DNA of 64,000 nucleotides from Antechinus flavipes. Lineage: Eukaryota. This document shows, in pieces, positions 56,901 through 64,000 of the stretch. Under the pieces are notes generated by a model, which was not told the DNA's origin, did not search any database, and saw only the letters and a program-made list of their open reading frames with translations. The stretch spans positions 558,001 to 622,000 of the forward strand of contig NC_067401.1 in the NCBI RefSeq assembly GCF_016432865.1, in the 5' to 3' direction. Each line of letters opens with the position of its first letter. The stretch's first letter is position 1. Both the position numbers and the translations under genes were made by a program.

Positions 56901-57334
56901 GGCTGGTCCAGCATAGTAGAGGCTGCCCACCAAAGGGCCTTGGCAGGGCCCTGCTCCCAGACAGCCACGGGCACTTCCAGTTCTTGCCCATCCGCCATAC
57001 TCTGCTCTAGCCCAGCCCCACCACACCCCCGTAAGGAAGCGGCTCTTCCTCCCCGTGTCCAGTCCCCAGTGACCAGTTCCCGTCTGGTCCCCAGTGTCCT
57101 GCTCTGCGGCCAAACTTTCTCCCTTAGTTAGATGTGGATGTTGGGGCCATTGAGAGTGGACCCCATGGCTGTCTGTGCTTTTGTATTTACTCGGATAGAG
57201 CCAGGCCCTGGGAGATCTTGGGAGAGAAGAGGAAGAAGACAAGCCTTTAAGGGGGCTGGCCTGGTCTGGGGACAGAAGGCTTCAAGGAGAGGGAAGTGTT
57301 TCCTTTGGATTGTCTCCTGGGTGGTGCTGTCTTT

Positions 57335-57795
57335 GGGTGAGGAGGGAGAGGAGAGGAAAAAAGGAGAAAAGGGAAGGGGAGAGGAAAGGAAAGGAGTTGA
57401 GAGAGAAGAGAGAAGGGGAGAGGAGATGAGAAGAGAGGGAGAAGAGGAGAGGAAGGGAGAGAAAAGAAGAGATGGAGGAGAAAGTCGAGGAGAGGAAAAG
57501 TTGGGAGAGGAGAAGAGAGGGAATGAGTAAGAGGAGGTGGGGGAGAAGAGAAGAAGAAAGCAGGGAAGGACAGGAAAGGGGAGGAGAGGGAGAGAGTTAA
57601 GGAGAGGGAAGGAGGGAGGAAGGGAGAGAAGAGGAGAAGGGAGAAGAGAAGAAAGGAAAGAGGGGCAGGAAAGAGGAGGAGAGGGAGAGAGTTGAGGAGG
57701 AGAAGGGAAGAGGAGGAAAGAAGAGGGGAGGGGAGAGGAGAGGGATGGAGGGAGAAAGGAGGAGGAAGGGAGGAAAGAAGGGAGGGAGGGAGAGT
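57335..57795. repeat. polypurine (GA-rich) low-complexity tract
   Basis: About 450 nt almost exclusively A/G. A complementary CT-rich tract with an internal duplication lies at ~56530-56740. Confidence 0.85.
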
Positions 57796-60700
57796 TGGGT
57801 GTATGCAGTCAGGTTTTTCTTGTTCACTGCAGCAGAGCTGGGCTCTGCACTGGGAGGACTCTGCCTTCTCTCACCAGCGCACCCTTCCCCAACTGCTTGT
57901 CCTCTGCAGTCTGATTGGAGCAGAGTTCCCAGCATCCATGCTCCTCCTCCCCTCCTCCTCCTGCTCCTTCTCCTCCTTTCCCCTCCCCTCTGCCCCCTCC
58001 CCCCTCCCCCTGCTCTTCTCCTCTGAGCCGCAGTCAGTGTTCAGCTACTTTGGCAGATGCTTCTGTCCGCAGCGGCCGGAGCTCCGGGAATAACCCGCCT
58101 GGCTTTGAGGGGAGCTCGGGTGTCCATTGCATCTTGCCCCGAGCCCCGGAGACGGAGAGGCAGGGTGGGGAGGCCCTGCTGCAAGAGGACAGGTACCACG
58201 GACAGCTCTAGCTCCCCAGCTGTGGGGTGTGTAGGGGTGTCTGTCTGTGGGGGGACTTGGCCAGCCTGCTGCTGAGGGCCCAAGTGCCCCCCTCTGGTGG
58301 GGGCCAGCCAGGGTGCGAGTGGGGAGCGCGGCAGGATGGAACCAGATGCCCTCTCAGCTCCCTCCCAGCCTCTGCCCATGGCTGAACCCTGGAAGTTATG
58401 GGACGGCTGGGAGTTTTCTTTTACTCTCTTGGCTCTCACTACACAACCCTTATTTGGTATGAGGGCATTTGAGTCTTGGGGGTGGGGGGGTGCCCCTTCC
58501 CCCTCCCCCTCCCCATGCCCTTTTATGCCCTTTTATGCCCTCATTGGAGATGCTGGAAGTGCAGAGGCATCTCCGGGTGCCTGACTGGTAGGCTGGACAT
58601 CGCACACGGGACACAGCAGCTCCCTGACACCTTGCCAGCTGCCCGTCTCTTGCGTGCTCTTCTCCCTCCCGGGAGGGCCGTGGTAGGAGCATCTGTGCTT
58701 TGGGCTAGTCTGAGGACATGGGCAGGTGCTCTGGGGCCTGAGCCTTGGTGGGCTCTGGGCCTCCACAGCCGGCTCTGAGAGGCAGCAGCCGTCGGTGTGG
58801 CTGGGTGTGTCTCCTTGGAGCTGGGGTCCCTGCCCACAGACAGAGCCCCCCCCCCAGAGCCTTGTTTCTTCGAGGTTGGGACTTCTTTGCTTCCTTGTGG
58901 GAGGCTGGACCATTCTTTGGGGACTGTGGCAGAGGCTGGCTCCCAGCATCCTCCAGCCCCTGGCCATGACTCTGGCCTGCCTTCCGGGGTCATTTGTTTA
59001 ATTTTTAATGACATGAGTTCCCCGGACAAACATGTATAGAGTCTGACGGGTGGGGGTGCCTCTAAAGCAAGGAGACAGACTGGCAGGGAGTAGCTACTAA
59101 ATAAATGGTCGTCAAGTGAATGAATGAACGTGAAAGGCAAACGGGCAGGACTGGTTGGGACACAGGCAGTGGCCACCTGGGACTTTGGCCATGTAAAGAG
59201 CAGGAAACAGGAGGAAGAAGTGGGAGGAGCCTGGAGGTGACAGAGGGGCTTTGAGGGGCTCCCAGTCAGTCTGTGCAAGAGAAGGGGCTTGATCCCGGGC
59301 TGGCTCTAGTTCTCCTTACAGCCTCTGGTACTTACAGATGTAGCTTTCTAGGGGGAGACAGCAGTCTCAGAAATGGAGAAAGGCCTGTGAGAGAAACCAC
59401 CTCTTTTGTGACCACAACCCCTCCCCCCATTCTTCATATCCCTTATCCTCACAACAATCAGGAGAGGGAAGTGGGGCAGACAGCAGATGAGAGGAAGTGA
59501 TTTACAGAATCCATTTTAGAGCCAGCAGGGATCTTGGGATCTTCTAGCTCTTCCATTTTACATCTGGGGAAATTGAGTGACACAGTCTCAAGACTAGCGA
59601 GGGGCAGAGCCAAGTGCAAACTTCTTGTCACATTGTGTTGGCAGACAGTTCACCTAAATCAGGGAGGTTAAAAATAAAATTAGCACAGATTTCTGGGAAG
59701 TCCTGGTTTTGCAGATGATTATTTCTCTTTCCACTCCTCCTGGGGATGTAGCAAGAATTAGATGGTCAATATAGGAACGATCCTTTGAGCTGTTGGCAGG
59801 CGATCACATGAAAACCTGGTGGGAGGGTGTGGAAGGGGAAGAGAATCGGGCTTGATGAGCATGTCCGGGGCCCAATGAGCCAGCCTTGTGGGGTGCCCCA
59901 TATATTCATGATCTGTCCCTTCAAGCATTTTGACCCCATCTTAAACAACCCGGGAGCTCCTTGTGCTAGTCATGGAGCCTGCCATGTGCTAGTCAAATCC
60001 TGCTTTCATCCCAGGGTCAAACCCTTTGCTTGGGAATTCAAATGGACTTTGAGGACTGGAGAGTCCGAAGGAAGTGTGGAGGAAGATCCACTTCCATTCC
60101 AACTCTGCCCAAGGGGCTAGCTTCAGAAAAACCCTGGTCAGAGTAAAGGCCAGTTGCTGCCTCCCTGATGGCTGCCCTAAATTCTGGCACCCATTTTCCA
60201 GGTAGCCATTTCTGCCTTTTTCACTGAGGAGGCTGTCCTTCCGGGGCATCTCTTGTCTGCAGCCTTCCCCAGAGCTCAAAAGAAAATGCTGGTACCTCAA
60301 AAGGCATCCTCACACAGATTTAAGCCAAAATTCTTTGGGATGATTGTGGGAAGGATTTAAGTGAAAGATCCTCGGACCTAAAGCCCCAAGGAAGGAGAGA
60401 GCCAGGACCCAGCCCTGCTGGAGAGTGACCCTGAGACCCTCCACAACTGTGCATTTAGAGTTAGGGTTAAGGTTAGTCTGCTGGCCAGCTCCTCCTCTAA
60501 ATGAATGCATCTTGGTCAACAAATTGCAGGAAGAGAAAATAGGCCCCTTAGTCACCTTTGTGAGCTAGTAATAAAGGGCAAGGTCTTTCCCACTTCCTCA
60601 GCTGCCCTGAGAGTAGAGCCCTGAGTATTCTCATGCTGTCCTCAGAGTGGATCTCCTCTGTCTATACCTTGTTAGGGCCAGCTGCTCTCCTCTTCCCTCT

Positions 60701-61499
60701 GTCCTTCAGAGTCATTTGTACCTCTTGAAAAGTACCTGGGTTGCTAGGCTGTTCGAACCCAGAGAGGAAGGCTCACTACTTTTGGGGAAGAAGGTAACAG
60801 ACTAAAAAAGCTTGACATATCTGACATATCTTTCCATTGTCCGTCTATTTGCTGTTCTCGTTTCATCCTTAAATGCTTTTGGACAGATTTTGTTTAATTG
60901 ACAATTCTCACCAAGCTGTCTTTAAGCTGGTTTTTCCCTCCACAAGCTTCTCTTGTTTCATAAAATGATGCTACTTGTAATGGTCCACTGTCTTTATAAG
61001 ATTTGACAAGTGAATTCATATTCTCAACTGGTGCTGCCCATGGCTGCCATGTTTCTCCATTTGGTGAGTGAATTAAAAAAAAACTTGATCTCACCAGTCA
61101 TCCAGTAAAAACCAAGGGGACGAAGAACGTCTATTGCTCAGACTGGGATCTGTAGGTTCATGAACAATTTATGGAATCCCTCAATTAATCAATCAGTTAA
61201 TCAAAGAGCAATAAGTGGCTGCTCTGAGCCAGGCATTCTGATAGATGCTGGGGAAACACATACAAAAAAAATGCAAGAATTACTATTTATCTGTCCTCCT
61301 GTCCATCTATCATCTTTCCATCTACCTATCTTTTTTCTGTTTTTCATTGTCTCTCTCCATTCTTCTGTCCATATGTTTATCTATTCATCCATCATCCTGT
61401 TTATGTGATCTTTTCCTTCCCAAGAGGCTCCTCCTGAAGCTGTCATCCACTGTCTTCACCATAGATTTTCTAGAAAACATCTTCTGTCCAATCTCTATG

Positions 61500-62050
61500 C
61501 CTCCTTAATCTCCTTCTCACTAAACCTCATCTCTTCCCTCCTCTTTATTGAAACTTCTCCCTCAGGTCACCAAGTACACCCCCAGCCTCCATTCTCATCC
61601 TCCCTGGTATGTGACAGTGCTTCCTTCTCCTGGCTCATATTGTAGCTAAGCCCTTTTGGTTCTCTCCTGTTTTTTTGACCACTTGTTCTCAATCCCCTTT
61701 GCTAGATCACCATCTGGGTCCCACCCCTTATAACTGTGGGTATCCCCCAAGGCTCTATATTGAGTCCTCTCTTCTCACATTCAGTGACATCATCAGCCCC
61801 CATGGATTCAATCATCTATGTAAATGATGGCCAGATCAAGGTACCCTTGTCTTTCCCCCAATCTCCAGTACTAGATCAGCAACTACCTATCAGATGTTCC
61901 AGCTACACATCCTGGAGAGAGCCCAGTCTTAGCATGACCAGACCAAGAATTCATTCTTTTCTCTTCCTGCCCAAATCCAGGCCTTTTCCAAATGTCTGTT
62001 TTTCTTAAGGATATCACCATCCTCCCAATCATCAAACTCACAACCCTACT
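61500..62050 (+). mobile_element. ancient LINE-2 remnant
   Basis: CT-rich L2-like text (ggtatcccccaaggctctatattgagtcctctcttctc...atctatgtaaatgat). Confidence 0.45.
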
Positions 62051-62114
62051 TTGGTTAGATGGTACTGGATTTAGAATCAGGAAGATGAAACCCACCCTCA
62101 GACATTTATTTTGT

Positions 62115-63650
62115 TTTTTTTTTTTAATATTTTTATTTAAAATTTTGAGTTCCAAATCCTATATCTCTCTCCCCAAGACAGTAAACAATAAGATATAGCT
62201 TATGCATGTGCAACCACGTGAAACATTTAGTCATTTTGTACAAGAAGATTCAAATCAAAGGAAAAAAATGAAAGAAAGAAAATAGGAAATAGTATGTTCC
62301 ACTCTGTATTTAGACAGTGTCAGTTTTTTCTCTGGAGGCATATAGCATGCACCATCATGAGTTCTTTGGGATTGTCTTGGATCATTGTATTGCTGAGAAG
62401 TGCTAAGTCATTCACAATTCTTCAGTGAACAATGTTGTTCACACTATTGCTGTGTACAACGTTCTCCTGGTTCTGTTCACTTCACTATGCATCACTTAAG
62501 GTTTTTCTGAAATCATTCTCCTTGTCACTTTTTTAACAGCCCAATAGTATTCTGTTGCAACCATATACCATAGTTTGTTTATCCATTCTTCAATTAATGG
62601 GCATCCCTTTGATTTCCATTCCTTAGTCACCACAAAAAGAGCTGCTGTAAATATTTTTGTATTTATAGGTCTTTCCCCTCCTTTTAAATTTTTTTTGGGG
62701 GGATATAGACCTAGTGGTATTTCTGGATCAAAGGATATGCACAGTCTTATAGTCCTTTGGGTACAATTACACATTGTTCTCCAGAATCACAACTGGCACT
62801 ACTGTGCCTTAGTGTCCTAGTTTTCCCACATTTTCCCCTAAATCCAACATTTCAGTTTTTTGTCACATTAGCCACTCTCTTAGGTGTAAGGTAGTACCTC
62901 AGAGTTGTTTTAATTTGTATTTCTCTGATCAATAGTAATTTAGAACATTTTTTCAAGTCTAGATCTGATTTTTGTCTGAAAACTGCCTGTTTATGTCTTT
63001 TGACCATTTGTAAATTGAGGGATGACTTGTATTTTCTATGAATAGACTCAGTTCTCTATATACTTGAGAAATGAGGCCTTTATTAGAGATAGTTGTTGCA
63101 AAATTTTCCCTCTATTTTCTGCTTTCCTTCCAATTTGGATGCACTGGTTTTGTTTGTGCAAAAAAGTTTCAATGTTTTATAGTCAAAATGATCTATTTTA
63201 CATTTTGTAGTGCTCTCTATATCTTCTTTGGCCTTAAATTCTTCTCTAGTCTATAAATCTGACAGATGAACTATTCCATGCCCTCTTAATTTGCTTATGG
63301 CATCACTCTTTCTTTATGTGCAAATCATGTACTTATTTTGACCTCATCTTAGTATTTCATATGAGATGTTGGTCTATACCTGACTTCTATCATACAGTTT
63401 TCCAGTTTTCCCAGCAGTTTCTACCAAACAATGAGTTTGTACCTGACTTCTATCATAGTTTTCCAGTTTTCCCAGCAGTTTCTACCAAACAATGAGTTTT
63501 TGTTCCAAAAGCTTTGATTTTGGGGTTAATTGTATACTAGATTACTATGGTCACTGACAATAATGTCATTTGTACCTAATCTATTTCACTGATCCACTAT
63601 TTTTTTTCTTAGCCAATACCATATTGTTTTCATAATTACTACTTTATAAT
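62115..63650 (-). mobile_element. older LINE-1 3' portion
   Basis: Minus ORF 62496-62774 (LCISFDPEIPLGLYP...KIFTAALFVVTKEWKSKGCPLIEEWINKLWY) resembles the L1 ORF2 C-terminus; contains a ~60-bp tandem duplication at ~63377-63500. Confidence 0.8.
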
Positions 63651-64000
63651 ACAGTTCAGCCTCAGATGTTTATTAGCTGTGAAGCTTTAAGTCACAATCT
63701 CCTCCATCCTCAGCTTTCTCATCTATAAAATGGGAATCATAAGAGTATCAGCCTGTCGCAGTGGTGAGGACAAAAGGAGATCATATCTGTACAGTGCTTT
63801 GCAAACCCTACAATGCTATCTAAATGCTAAGTGTTATTATTATTATTCTCTTTTCTCTTATCCTGTCTCTAACCAAATGCCAAGACTTAATGAATCTGCT
63901 TTTCCTCTGTCTCTCTCCTCTTTCCTGGTCATAGCCTCACTGGTTTGCCTGCTTCTAACTTTTCCACTTTTAATCTGCCCCTCACATGGCTGCCAGTTAT

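Noticed and set aside
58337-58584. MEPDAL... as TRPM2 exon 1
   Set aside because: Only the first residues resemble MEPSAL; the remainder shows no recognisable similarity and no downstream TRPM2 exons were found in the window.

Overview
Vertebrate genomic DNA, most likely marsupial judging from the L1 3' ends and the MAR1/WSINE-type CORE-SINEs (recognised from memory, not by search). The gene order matches the human 21q22.3 PFKL-CFAP410 segment. Contents: (1) a complete 22-exon PFKL gene (+, CDS 6419-23887, 2367 nt, 788 aa, all introns GT-AG). (2) An unexpected, intact 3-exon gamma-crystallin gene (+, 27686-28756, 175 aa) with TATA box, Maf/SOX-type promoter motifs and AATAAA. It lies between PFKL and CFAP410, away from the known CRYGA-F, CRYGS and CRYGN loci, and has amphibian/fish-like sequence motifs. 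(3) A 7-exon CFAP410/C21orf2 gene (-, 49698-34938). Its exon-6 donor reads AT rather than GT, and its intron 1 is almost entirely a ~10.4-kb array of a 48-bp (2x24) unit carrying an IR1 nuclear-receptor-like palindrome. (4) Nested L1/LTR/SINE/L2 remnants, several minisatellites and three N gaps. No gene could be identified in 50-64 kb. All coordinates and counts were derived by hand from the sequence; no database searches were run.
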